Shown here: positions 24,483 through 37,657 of the stretch, piece after piece
Layout of the letters: every line of letters starts with the position of its first letter
How positions within the stretch are numbered: the first letter of the stretch is position 1
Assembly (NCBI GenBank): GCA_965649825.1
Contig: OZ287708.1
Coordinates: 203,311 to 267,310, forward strand
Length of the DNA: 64,000 nucleotides
From: Penicillus capitatus
Lineage: Eukaryota > Plantae > Chlorophyta
Direction of reading: 5' to 3'
Notes under the pieces: generated by a model
Told to the model about the DNA's origin: nothing
Databases searched by the model: none
The model's input: only the letters and a program-made list of their open reading frames with translations
Made by a program: the position numbers and the translations under genes

Positions 24483-27400
24483 ATGGAACGCGGACGGTAT
24501 GGACGTGAACGGCGCGGCGGAGGGTATGGTCGTTTCGGTGGACGTGGCGAGATGGAACGCGGAAGAGGAGGAGGCCGAGGTCGACGCACCCAATACTCCC
24601 ACGCACCTATCCGAGCCGATCTCTCTCTTTTATCTAACAGGAGCGGGAAGACCCGTTTCAAAGGAAGAAGGAATACGCGCTGTCGAAGAGGCTTTGCGCG
24701 ATCTGACGCTATCGAGCACCGCACCGGCCACAACGCCACCTGGACAACAGGCAAGGCACCCTTGGCGTAACAGATCTGAGACGCAGGCTCCGTGTGACAG
24801 CTGCGTCTCGCCAGTCGACCAGATCGCGGCGGTCGAGCTGGACGTACTTTTCGCGTCTTCGCTAATTTCTTCGCCATGCATGTCGGCACCGGGCACGTCT
24901 ATCACTACGACGTCGAAATCAAACAGCAGGAGCGCCGACGTCAAGGTCCCTAACACAATGCCGCTGTGTCGGTCGATGAGACGATCGCATCTAGGCGAAG
25001 GCGACGTCGTCGCGATGGGACCGCAATTGCTGCCGATCAGTCTCAGTCGAGCAATCGTCGAGACCTGTGCGCGGGAACACGGATGGAGTCCATGTTGGGC
25101 ATACGATGGTAAAAAGAACATCTTCGCATCCGAGATGTTCGAAAGGGAGAGGAATGTCTTCGAAGTGAACATAGGCGCGCAGGATCGGCCTCGCAGCTTC
25201 GAAGTTCATGTCCGTCTGGCCTCAACCATCAACATGTCCAGCATAGAAGACTACTTAAGAAGTGATACGCACGTTCCTCCTCCCAGGGAAGCTATACAGA
25301 GTCTTGAGGTCATTCTCACACAAATGATACCTTCTTTAGAAGTGTGATGTTAGGTGTGTTTACGATCGGCGGCTGCACGTACTGGCAGGGGACACCTGAC
25401 AGGTCGATCCATATTCTTTGACGACGAGCGATTCAACAGAGAGCTGACGCGAACTGCTGTTCTGTTTACTGGGTATCACCAGAGCGTGAAGATTTGTGAG
25501 AAAGGGCTGGCCATAAACATCGAATCCAGCTGGGCGGCGTTTCATAGAAAACAACGCGTTCTCGACTTCTTGGAGCAAATCATTAACAGCCCTGTCCGTA
25601 ACTGGCCACAGATGCCCAAAGATCAATTGATTTCGATCATGAATGCCACGATGACGAACATGATCGTCGAAACGCTGCATCGAAGAGAGAACTCCAAAAA
25701 ATACAGGTGTGTCATGGGCAGCCCTTCCTTCCCATCCAAATCCTTCTTGGCAGATGCCGTGGACTGACACGGAACTCTGCGTCTCATGAAATATTTGCAT
25801 TAAAAGACGGCACGAATCTTTCGATAGCCGACTATTGGGAAGAGAGATATGGTCGACTGCAGTATCCCTGGTTGCCGTGTCTCGATGTCAGCAAAGGGCG
25901 AAAGATAAACTATCTGCCAATGGAAGTGTGCGAGATTGCTGCCGGACAGAGAATTCTGAAAATGGCAGAAGATCAGACGCGAAACATGATTCGTTTTACA
26001 GCAATACCACCCGAAGAACGTAAGAATCAGATTCATAGGACATTGAAAGATGCAGAACTCGAAAGGGATTCTGCCATACAGGCATTTCAGATGCGTATCG
26101 AGAAAGAGATGATTCAGGTGAACGGACTCTCCACATGTATGGTCTCCATGAATGACGGGTTATCTTTAGACGACGGCTAGAATTCTTCCCCAGCCCCATC
26201 TCGAGTATCAAGAACCAGAATGTATGGACACCGGCAATCGGGGGTCCTGGAATCTCGAGAACGTTCGGTTTTACAGACCTGGCTCAATTCAGTCCTGGTC
26301 TATTGTTTCTTCGATTGAGAGGGAAGTGGCTTTGAGACAAGGAGAGAGTGGCCTTCCAGCTTTTACGGATGCCTTGATGGACATGCTGGAGAGTATGGGC
26401 ATGCAGCTTCCCTCAGACTATCCACCTCTCCTACATCAAGGCTCCGCCACAACAGATGATGTTCTCAAAGAAGCGATCCGTGAAGCACAAGAAACCTACA
26501 AAGAGCCTCCAAACCTCATTCTTTTTCTGCTCCCAAACAAGAGTACGACGCCGCACCGTATCGTACACTTGTGTCCATCGATAGATGTTTGTCTGTTGCA
26601 GATTCTCGACCTTATATTGAGGTCAAGCGTATTGCTGAGGGCAAACTGGGTGTCGTCACACAGTGCTTCGTAGCGACATCTGCAGGGATAGGTGCATTTC
26701 TCTGTTTTCCATTGGTCTTGCCAAATGGCGATGGGCTGGTGTAGGGAGTCAACCTAAGAATCGTCTGCAATACTTGGCGAATCTTGCGATGAAGATCAAT
26801 CACAAAGTCGGTGGGGTGAATACACAAATCATGACATCCATTGCCAGCGCATTTCCAGTTCTTGGTCTCAACAAGAAACGCCCATTTATCGTTTTCGGAG
26901 CAGATGTGACGCATCCTTCTACTTTTGACCCGACAGAACCATCTGTGGGCGCCGTTGTGGCCAGCATGGATCCGTAAGCTGTCGGTCATTGCTGTTATAT
27001 CTCCATAGCCTGGCATCTCAGGTACCTGGGTCAGTTTTCGGCCAGAGTCATTGCTATGGGCCACAGAGAAGAAAAAATGTCGATGCATGAAGCCATGATC
27101 GATTTATTTCGGCAATTCTACGCTCGTAACAAAGTCACACCGGAGGCCGTTTTCTTCTACAGAGATGGAGTCTCTGAAGGCCAGTTTCAGGAAGTACTCG
27201 AACATGAGTACAGCGAGATCAAAAAAGTCCGCTCATCAAATCTGATAGACATCGCGTTCATAGGGTATTCTGTCTCTAGGCATGCCACGCTCTCTCTCCA
27301 GAATACAATCCGCCAATCACTCTGGTGGTTGTACAAAAATCACATCATACTCGATTATTTCCGGCACATCCACAAGACGGAGACCACAAAGGAAACGTTC

Positions 27401-27795
27401 GTCCAGGTACCGTTGTGGATAAGGACGTCACGTCAAAACACGAATTTGATTTCTATCTCAATTCTCACGGTGGAATTCAAGGTAAGCATTTCGATCATGG
27501 CCCTTCTTAACGATGGATGACAGGCACAAACAAACCCGCCCATTATTACGTGTTGGTGGATGAGAATGGGTTTGGTTCCGACGGAATCCAATTGCTGAGT
27601 TATTGGATGTGTTATCTGTATTGTCGATGCACACGTTCGGTATCTTATGCACCACCAGCTTACTATGCACATCTGGCAGCATTGCATGGACGTTATGTAG
27701 TAGGTCATCATACAGATTCCTCTTCAGAAGGATCGAATGGCAAGAATGGTGCCATGTTTCACGAAGGTTTGAACGAGAGGATGTTTTTCGTTTAG
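24483..27795 (+). CDS. AGO: Argonaute, ~10 exons
   Basis: RGG-rich N-terminus; ArgoN (FANFF, HYDVEI, AYDGKKNIF); PAZ (YLPMEVC); MID (VTQC, NLAMKINHKVGGVN); PIWI GADVTHP, YRDGVSEGQF, HHTRLF, GTNKPAHY, YYAHLAA; ends MFFV*. Confidence 0.98.
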
Positions 27796-28196
27796 TCTTT
27801 GATTGCTTTGCATATCCAATTGGACATTTACCATTTTTCTTTTTCGATTTATGTCGATGGGAATCGGACGGGGGACCGACTACAGACACTGGATTGTGTA
27901 GACGGCCGGATCGAATCGATCCGCCGTCGTCGAACGGTAAACGATAGTAGCGCCATTGAACGAACGAAAGGTTCGATACGCCATCGACGACGCCACGCGA
28001 CACATCGATCGCGACGATCGGCGTCGAAACGATCGTAACGCACAAAAGGCGTCGTTTGTTTACGGCACGCGACGAAACAGGTTCGCCGCGTTTACTCCTT
28101 CATGAAAATAAGGTCGACGGGAACGTCATTTCGCGAATCGACCACACAACGATCATTTCTGCCTTTCTGCTTTTGCCCAGCCGCTGCTGCCTCGAT

Positions 28197-29318
28197 GCAT
28201 GCCGTGAAACGCAGGGTTGTCTCTCGTGGCGTCAAACGTGGTCCTTCACTACGTCGACTTACCCTCTCGTCAAAATGGCTGCCCCATCGAAATCGACCAC
28301 AGCATAAACCCTCCTTCTTCCATGATCGTCTACGATCGCTCCACTGCTTCGCACACTCGGATAAAGATGAAGACGACGCAGAAAAATCTGCTTTCACCGG
28401 TCCTGAACGAGAAGTCCACCAGACAGCTCGCCATTCGGAATGGTTCAGATTGGGTTTGGCAAGGGTATCGAGAGTGCGGTCGAGAAAATGTTGCTCGAGA
28501 GTCCGGCCGTTAAATCTGCCATCGACCGAGTGACTGCTGCGTCGGAGAGATACGAAGAGATCGTTCGACGGAAGCAGGAACAGCAACAACAGGCCGAGAT
28601 CGATCGACTCGAGGTATGAGAACATCACACTTTCGAAACCGATCGATCGATCGATCGACGAATGTACAGGAGCATCGAGCACTGGCGCATGCAGAAGCGG
28701 AAGCTGCCAAGAAGAGAGTACGTGCTGCCGAATTGCGTTTGCTTGCAGCGACCGAGGAGCAGAATCTGCTAGAAGAGCTTGCCAAACGGGTACTGTTTTC
28801 ATACATTGTCTCCATCCTTGCTGCAGGCACAATCGTGTCTCAGAATGCCGAACGGCTGCAATCGGTAAAGGCATTCACTGTTTCCTCTCTGGGAGGTCTA
28901 GCGAGTTTAGTGCCAATTCTCTTGGCAGAGGCTGGCAACCTGGAACGCGATATACTAAGCCTTCTGGCAACCACCATTTCTTCTGGACTCTACGGCATCA
29001 CCTACCGGTCTGTCCTTTCTCACACTTCTCACACATAAAGAGTGAGATGTCTATAGATATGCCGTTGGTAATGGCAAGGATATTCAGTTGAAGCTTGGCG
29101 TGATCGGTGCGTTTTGGATCGTATCGACGCTGAGTTATGCTCAGTCCGTTTGGAGTTCCGCAACCGACCCCCTCAGTCATTTCGATATCCATCTTTGCGA
29201 TAGAATTGGATTTCAAAGCGTTCAAACGCTTCTTATACTTCTTGCATCCACATTCGCTATGGAAGTGTCCATCCGTTCGGGATTCATGCGTTATGCAACA
29301 GACACATCTCAAGGCTGA
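28197..29318 (+). CDS. Putative plastid membrane protein of an uncharacterised plant/cyanobacterial type
   Basis: Transit-peptide-like start, a coiled coil (AEAEAAKKRVRAAELRLL), then SGLYGITYR / YAVGNGKDIQLKLGVIGAFW. From memory this resembles the At4g24090-like family. The 5' exon structure is not resolved. Confidence 0.55.
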
Positions 29319-29507
29319 AAACAGTGTCAAATCAGTTTTCATGTAATGCTTTGTGTGCCATTAAGGCATCTTCCTGATCATTAGTACAGTCCAACGACAT
29401 TGACAACAACAAAATGGAGTCCGGATTAACACGAGTCGTGTTGGTGAAAAGTCATTGGTAAAAGAGTTGTAAACCGGTGGTGGTGGTTGTTGGTTCATCT
29501 TCCAGGA

Positions 29508-29986
29508 CTAGATATGCGCCGTGCGTGTACGACGGACATTCGAGTTCTGGCGACAGTTCCTATTGAGCTCAGGCGTCTTCCCGTACTTGATGACAACAAA
29601 TGCCAGGGCCCGACAGACCTCGGTCAGGGATTTCACCTTCACATGTGACACAGTCAAGGCGGGTCGCTGAATACGAGCGAGGTCATATCTCACACCTGGC
29701 TGTCCATATATTCTTGCAAGTTAATCATCTTGTTGCGAAAGCGCCTTGCCGTTTCGCGATTCTTCTCCTGCGACATCATAAGAAGCACGATGCAACGAAA
29801 CAATGCGCCTTGCGAACAAGACTCACGGCTTGACGCGCTTTGCGACCTGCAGCTCCGGCGACTCCCTACAATAGAAGGTCGACGGAGGGTGCGATTTCGA
29901 TGCGATATTCGCACTCTCTTGCGCTTATCGTGGCGGTCATGGGACGATGTCTCCTCCACCTTAATAGTAGATACAGAGGCTGCCAT
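29508..29986 (-). CDS. Minimal bZIP transcription factor (~103 aa), 4 exons
   Basis: Spliced product MAASVSTIKVEETSSHDRHDKRKR/GVAGAAGRKARQA/EKNRETARRFRNKMINLQEYMDSQ/VKSLTEVCRAL... It fits N-x7-R-x9-M-x6-L-x6-L, and all three introns are GT-AG and phase 0. Confidence 0.8.
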
Positions 29987-30093
29987 GATAAATACAGAGC
30001 TTTTGAGTATTTTTCGCAAATAAAAGTCGTATTAATAATAGGGTACGAACTGTTTCGCCATTGTACATTGTCTGCTGATGCGACTGCTGCCTA

Positions 30094-32282
30094 TCAGCGT
30101 GCGGATCTAGCGACGACTGGAAGGTCCATTCCATTCCGCGCCAAATATAGACTCTGTAATGCTTGATGCGACCGATGGACGTCCAGAACACCTTCTCTAT
30201 GCTCTACAGCATCACTCGTCTCCATTTCTCTGAATTCCTGAGGCAGAGGCCGTCGGCTGGACGAGCTGGCTCTCACAGACATTTCGATGCTCATATGCTG
30301 TTGCCTTTGTCTCCATGACTGTGAGAAATTCTGTTCTTGATGATTGGAAGTTTGTGCCTGATCGGGTGAGGAATGGAGATCGGAATCTGAGGCAACCGTG
30401 AGATAGGGTTTTAGGTTGTCCAGAAAGAGTTGGCCACAGGGATGCGGTCGCCACGAGGGATAGCACGCCACAAAACTCAGGAAGGACTTTTCCATTTTTC
30501 CCTGTTTACTGCGATCTGCCTTTTCTGTCCCGTAGCACGATCCGTAGTTTTTGTTTCCGTGGCGTTCAAAATCGAACGTCGCAAGGCTGCAGATATCGCC
30601 AATGCCCTCGATTCGCTTCGTGTAGTTCTGCAGGAACTGGACGATCAACTCTGCCAACAGAGCCTCACACATTGATCCGTCGTGTGATATCTTTACCTGA
30701 ACTCTGCGGCAATGCATGGTAGAGAATGTAAGGTGTGAGGAAGACAGAGAGCACTTCGTCACACAAGTTCAGTGCTCTGTAGCGAAACATCTTCTGAAAA
30801 CTCTCCTTCACCTAATCAACCAGATCTCAGCAAGTCCATCGATGCCAATGCGCATAATATGGGCGCGCCTCTTTGAGTCTGGCATGACCTCTCCACAGTC
30901 TCGGACAGTAATGTGTGTGCCGTACGACTTCTTCCAGACAGCGATCTGGATCGAGGACGGGGTTTTGAGGAACGAGGCCACGGGCCATTTGCAGTCCGAT
31001 CATGAGGACAGCTGCCCACCAAACCAAATTGTGCCCCATGAGCTCTCCATGCTCCAGCAAAAAATCGTCCATCAATGCGATGCCGAGAAGCAATGCAACA
31101 AAACTCTCCAGAACGAAGGAGATCAGCTTTCCGATGTGCATCAGAGAGAAATTGGGAAACTGATTGAGATACTCTCGAGCGGGTTTTTGGCTCTGTGTCA
31201 ATCTCTCTTCAAATTGATGCTCCATTTCATTGAACTCCCTTAAACTCCATCGAGCATAAGGACTCCACGATCGGTCTCCCAGAGTGCCAGGGGAATGATA
31301 AAAACGCTCAGCATTCATCATCAGAAAGTAGATAACCAGGAATACAAGCAGGAAGGGTGCTAGCAATACATTCACAGCAGCCAGGAGACGAAACCGTCGC
31401 GTCAGAAACGCTGGATCGGTGCGGAAAGGTCTCCGGACTTCGAAATTGTGATCGAACATTGGATTGAGAAGTCCCCATCGCAGACTCCATTCAATCATCT
31501 TCGTCATCAGATAACGTCGCCTGAAACCGATGATCGGGATGTTCAGCTGCAGTACTCCCTTATTCACCATTCCAATCAAAAAATTCTCCTTTCTCAGTAT
31601 CCTGTTGACGATATCTGGTTCCGTCAATTCTCTCTGTAGACAGAGGCGTGTCGTTCGTTGAATCAACACCAGTCGATGGACCATTTCTCCCCATGAGATC
31701 CATTTGATCTGATCTTCTGAAATGCCGAGCTTCATTCTGCAGAACTGCATGATATACCAGGAGCTCCGCAGCTCAAAGATGGCAGCAACGAGTGTCCCCA
31801 GCCAGTACACAGCAAACAAAAGGAGGAAAGCGAATCGTAGGACTGTCCAGAATGACAGAGATGTCGAGCGTAACGGATTCTGTAGATAGAGGTCGGCGAG
31901 GTCACACATTTCATCACACTCCGAAGATGATGCTCTCCACCGAACGAAGAAGAGGAGAAAGGTGGAGAAGAGGAGAAAGAATAGCAATGCCATCAGATTC
32001 ACGATCTCATTCAATAAATTGGCAAAAAACCCTTTCCCATGCCAATGTCTACATATCACACACTCCCTCTCTCTATTCAGTGATGTGACAGGACAGACTT
32101 GTAGATACGTATGAAGAAGATATCCAAATCTGGTGGCAACGCCCATTCTATCTGGTCGAATCGCGAGAAGTCCGGGGATGTGGCACTACAGAACACGGTC
32201 CTTCGAGGATAGAAAGGCTTTAGACATGCACCTACGGCAGTGGCTCGTAAGGTACGGCTTGGTCCGATGCGGTGTCCATCAT
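30094..32282 (-). CDS. ATG9: Autophagy protein 9
   Basis: DLDIFFIRIYK/HWHGKGF, IVNRILRKENFLIGMVNK, RSWSPYARWSLREFNEMEH, AREYLNQFP, HTHYCPRLW, GIGDICSLATFDFERHG, QGKMEKSFLSF. The start is approximate. Confidence 0.96.
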
Positions 32283-33016
32283 TGTTTTCTTAGAGTGATG
32301 GGACATGCCATCGGAGGTACGGTCGATGAGGGTCACGATAGCATGGACGCCAAACGTCCCATCGACCTCATTAGCCGCGGCTGCCCATGCTTCACGAGGC
32401 GGCGCGATCGTCTCAGCTTCATAGAGGACGCGGCAATACTCCGACGAAGTTCCCACCCCGCGTCGCCGCATGTTTTTTGGCGTCGAGGCGGACGGGAGGG
32501 TCGCGACAGCCAAAGGTGGTTGTCCGCCTTGAACGTGCGGCCGAGATGAGTTTCTTCTCGATTAGTCTATCTGAGCCGAGTGCTCTGATGAATTGCCTTT
32601 CGCTCCTATCTGAGCCGCACATTCCTCATGATGATCCTCTAGCTACGTCCTGATCTGATACCCACTCGAGATGTCACACACACGATCACTCTGAACAGTA
32701 TACATAGCTTGTCCATGACCAGATGCCCTTCCGTCCCCGTCCTCCGTCAAACAGCAGCTTCTGGCAGTTGTGTCTTTATCCCATGGGTGATGATGATACG
32801 TGATGGCATAGTTCAAATGAGGAGTATCTATGTGCTCCATTGATGCAATTTTTCACAGACTCGAGCTGAACTGCCCTTTGTGAAACAATGATGAATCCGA
32901 AAGTCTGATCATACAGATGATCTGATGTGTTTTCGGTTACCTCGGAGATCTGAGTTTCGCCTCTTATGTCCTCCTGCCTGTGCTGTCACATCACAACACA
33001 TCGACTGTTCTCAGTC

Positions 33017-36000
33017 ATGCGCAACCTGATACTGCTAAGAGAGTCCATCCACAGCTATGAACGCGATGAAACGGACGTCCGACCTTCGCCATTCCCTTGT
33101 CATTTCGCACTGGACTCGACAACGAACCGACTCTACGTCGCCGACCGTCAGAATCTCGTCTGTTACCAAGTCGATCATCAGGTGGAGAGAGATAATCAAC
33201 GATTCTGTCGGAGAAGGTTCGACGTGCCCTCTGCTAGTTATGGTCTTCAAAGCAACCGGAACATCTTGGCCATGTCTGCGGAATCCATTTCTCCGCGGAG
33301 CATGAGGCCATCATCGTTGCTTACGAAAGCGGAGAACTGATTCTGTTTAGCGAGAAAGGCGACCGAGAGAATATCGGATCTATTGAAGAAGGCCTCACAG
33401 GTGTTGAATGGAGCCCCGATGAACAATTCCTTCTCCTGATCACTCAAAATCATCATCTTACACTCATGAATACAGTAGAAGGAAACCTGTCGAAGTTCAT
33501 TTATTGAATGAGATTGTCTCCAGAGTGAATGGACGATTGTGACAAGTGTGAGCTATGCTGATGCACTGTCTTATCAAATGCTGTCCGCGGAGCAAGTCAT
33601 TGTCGATGTTTCATGGCGCGGAGATGGACAGTTAGTGGCTGTAAGTGTCCGAGAGGGAACGGAACAGGGGTCCCTTCTCATTTTTGAGTGCCCATCGCTG
33701 AAGCTGAGCACTACAGCAGAAAAGAAAGATGATACTGTCGGTTGTGTAGCTTGGCAGCCCAATGGTCGACACCTGTACGCCGCAACTGTCCCATCACCAC
33801 AAGATCTATCACGTCTATATCTGTTTGAGAACAATGGACTGGTATGCGGATCTTTTCTTCTCCGTCATCCAGGCATTGATCAAATCATCATTGATGATTT
33901 TTCATAACTGCATCTATAGACGTGGTCACATCAATGAAGTGGAGCATGGACTCACAGTTACTGGCTCTCGTTTCACACAATCCCCCTGTGTGGAGACTCC
34001 AGGCATGCACGCTTCCACTGCAGGTCTCTCGATCTAGACCTGTGTGTGGATTAGATATGGCACAGAAGCAATTGGCATTGGTATCTAAAATACGAGCGAT
34101 GCTGGAATCTGAAGAATGGCTTCGTGCATCTCCTCTGGGACTCGGAACGTACACTGGACCTGCATCTCTATATAGAGACAAACAAATCCGTTGAGCACCT
34201 GGAACTGCAGTTTTTGATGGATACAATCGTCAGTTCCTATGGAACAGCTGCAGTTATCGATGGCAACTCTCTTCGTCTGACTCCCTTTCGGTGAGATAAG
34301 TCATTTCATAATGGTAGAGAGAGACTTGTGATCTAGACATCTTACGATACCTCCTCCTCTTTCGGCGGTGCGCATCTATTTTCAAAGTGCCATACAAACA
34401 GCAGTATTCTACACCGATGCGTCTACGGAAAGGATCGCTGTGGTCTTGGCAGACAACACCATCGGAGTGGCGATTTGCTCTCAGCAAGACAATTGGGAAT
34501 TGGACATAGTTCCTGAAGTACCCTCTTTTGCACAAATGCCTTTACTGAGATATTGGTCCTATCAGATCGAAAAAAGAGACATAGCCACGGTACAGCCAAT
34601 CATACTGGAGAATGCCACTGTCAAGGGTCTCTACGGAATCTCGCATCTCTTGTGGTTCAATGAAGTCACTCTTGTTGCTTTTGGAAGGGGAACAGTCAAC
34701 AGGGATCAACAAATGTCGAGAGTCACATTGAAGATATCCAAGAAAGGAGAAAGCTGGTTTTGTTGCTGGCATGACCCCATTCCCTTGACCGTCCCTCTTC
34801 TGCGGCCCGTCGGAGTTAACGGTATTGAACGCATTATGTCTTTTGCCCTGTATCTTATCTTCTGAAGACTACAGGTGGCATGGTTCTTTTGCAATCCACA
34901 GATGGTCGTGTGTGGAGTCTTGACTCCCTAGATATCGAGAAAGCGCGCCACTGTCCACTTCTTTCATTTCCAGTTCCATGTCCATCCACCATTGCGAGCA
35001 TGGAGAACGAAAGCGTTGTACTGGTCGGTCTTTCAATGGATGGAAAGATTTTTCAGGGTGCCGCTAAGCTGACAGAGAAAGTGACGTCCATGGCGAAGCA
35101 TGTGGACAGAAACGGACAAGAATCTCTTCTGCTGACCACACGTGACAACCACCTCCTCATCAAACCATTCGCAAAACTTCTCGATCAAGCTGCTCCACCG
35201 TGCAATGGACAGAGGTGTCGGTTTCTTAGCTATTCTCTAGCAACAGTGTTCGATTCACACAGAGACGAACTGGCCCGTCCCATGAAGAGATCTGGCGCAA
35301 CTGCTGGAATGCACGCAGCGATGACACCACTGACAACTCCATCACCATCAAATTCCTTCTTCACAAGACCCATAGAACAAGGGGCTTGTCTCATTGCCTC
35401 GCCACCAGGTAGCAGACTCTCTTTTTCTCAATCCGTTTGTCGAACCCTTGTGAATAGGAAAGATCGACATCGTTTTTCAGATGCCTCGAGGGAATCTGGA
35501 GGTTATAAGTCCTCGTGTCTTCGTCGTACAAGAAGTTCTGATGCACTTGGAGAAGAGAGATTTTGCATCGGCTTGGAAATTGGCAAAGATCAACAGTGTG
35601 GATCTGAATGTGCTGGTGGACTATCGCTGGCCACAATTCCTCGCGGACGCCCGAGACTTTGTCACAGCTGTGTCCTCCGAAGACGTTTGCCTTCTTTCCA
35701 TTCTCCTCTGCCCTTCAATCGTTTGTTTTCTTTTCAGGGTCTGTGTTATCTGATGATCGCTTTGACAAAGGGAAGCTTTTTTGGACCTGAATCGCCTTAC
35801 TGGATGTATCTCCCCGAAGGAGAAGATGCATCTCTTGCCACAAACCCGGCGCCGGACAAAGTCTCCAGCGCTTGTGAAGCTCTCAGAAATGCCATGATCG
35901 AGCTAAATGAAAGACAGTACTTCAAAGCCATTGTCTTGTCCTATGCGAGGTCTGTTCGTTATGCCGCTTTGTCCTCTGCGATGTTTTTTCGCGCAGATGT

Positions 36001-37581
36001 GATCCTCCAGATCTGAAGAATGCTTTGCTTTCTGTCAAATACGCAAGAATAAAAGAACTTGATCAAGGGAATGAATTCGATGGAGAGAGCAATGCAGGAG
36101 AAGCTTTGCAGCATCTTATGCGATATGTTGAAACGGCTGAACTCTATCGTATAGCCTTAGGACTCTACGATCTTGAATTGGCCTACATGGTAGTCACACA
36201 TGCACAAGCAAGGCTCTTATTGTTACATGGACAGCGCTTTGAAGACGAGATTTGCAGAGGGATCCAGGAGAGTACTTGATTGAACTCGAACGGTTTGCTG
36301 CGGTGGAGCCATCGAGATACAGACATGCGACTATTGATCGACATCTGCACAGATTCAGTCGTGCCATATCTCATCTCGTGGTGGCTGGACCGAAGTATAT
36401 CGACGAAGCCATCGATCTCGCCTCAGAGCATCAACTCTTTCATGAGTTACTTTCGTACATGGGAGATGGACATGTAAGCAGAAAGAAAGTTCTTGTGGAG
36501 TACGGCCATTGGTTAAAAGACAGAGGCATGCAAGAAGATGCCGGAGCAGCGTTTTTAGCAGCAGAGGAACTGTCATTGGCATTGGACGCTTATCAGTAAG
36601 ACACACATCCTTCGTGCGTATGGCAGGGAGATATTGTTCAGGAGCTGTGGAGAATGGCAGATGGCTTTTGCCTTGGCTGGAAGACTGCAGTTTTCTGACG
36701 AGGAGATACAGAATCTCGCCACAGAGATCGTGGAAGAATTACGATGTCTTCAACGCTTCGGCGAAGCTGCAACTGTTACCCTTGAATACCTGCAGGATCC
36801 CGAGGCCGCTGTACGACTTATGGTCGATGCCAGGTTTCTCCGACATTTATTTATGAAGAGGGGTGCCTAATGGATGTCGTTTTTTTGAGGCAATGGAAGG
36901 AAGCACTACGTCTAAGTCATCGATTCGACAGAGACGATCTCATCGATGCCATCATCGCTCCAGCCGCTGCTACAGCCACAACTGCCTTCGTTGAAGAGTT
37001 CATTCACAAAACAGAGAGCATTCAGCAGTACACCACCAGATTACAAGAGATTCGGAAGAAGCGACAGGCCATGGAAACGACTGTAGGCGAGACAGGTTCT
37101 CCCCCGCTTCCTCTCTCGGCCTTTCATCTTCTTACTAGGCACGCGAGCGGAAGAGGAAGGCACCAGCACTGTGGCCGGTCTCAGTATCTACACCGATCGA
37201 ACACAACATCCTTCATCGCACAGCACAAGTTCCATGGCATTGACCGTTGGCGGAAAGAAGCCCAAGCAGAAACGCAAGACGAAGAAGAAGCACAAGATCA
37301 AACAGGGATCCCCTGAAGAAGAGGCGGCACTTGTGGAACACCTTCGGCAGTTGAGACCCGATGACGATATCCTTGAAGAGATCTCTCATCTGATGACATT
37401 CCTCATATATGCTGGATTTGTGTCCGACGCTCAAAAACTCCAGAAGCTGTTGGACGAGCTTCTGAAGAAACATGTCTCGGCAATGGAGACTATCCAGATC
37501 AGTGCCACGCCAAGCAACCTAACGCGCAAGAGTTGGAAGATTGATATTTTGCGAGTCGTTCAGACGTCAGTCACATCATGA
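33017..37581 (+). CDS. ELP1: Elongator complex protein 1 (IKI3), multi-exon
   Basis: MRNL start, WSPDEQ, SWRGDGQ, AWQPNG, QMPRGNLEVISPR, VDLNVLVDY, ALGLYDLELA, AQ/RDPGEYL, and a basic C-terminal KKPKQKRKTKKKHKIKQGSPEEE. Confidence 0.96.
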
Positions 37582-37657
37582 TGACAGCGTCTAGCCGAAA
37601 ACGGTCTTTGACTGCACATTTCATTGTTTTTCGCTGGTCGTTCGTACCGTTCTCGAA

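Noticed and set aside
32420-32990. Small extra gene between ATG9 and ELP1
   Set aside because: Splice-like signals exist on the minus strand, but I could not build a convincing frame. The region may be an ATG9 5' UTR with introns or uORFs.
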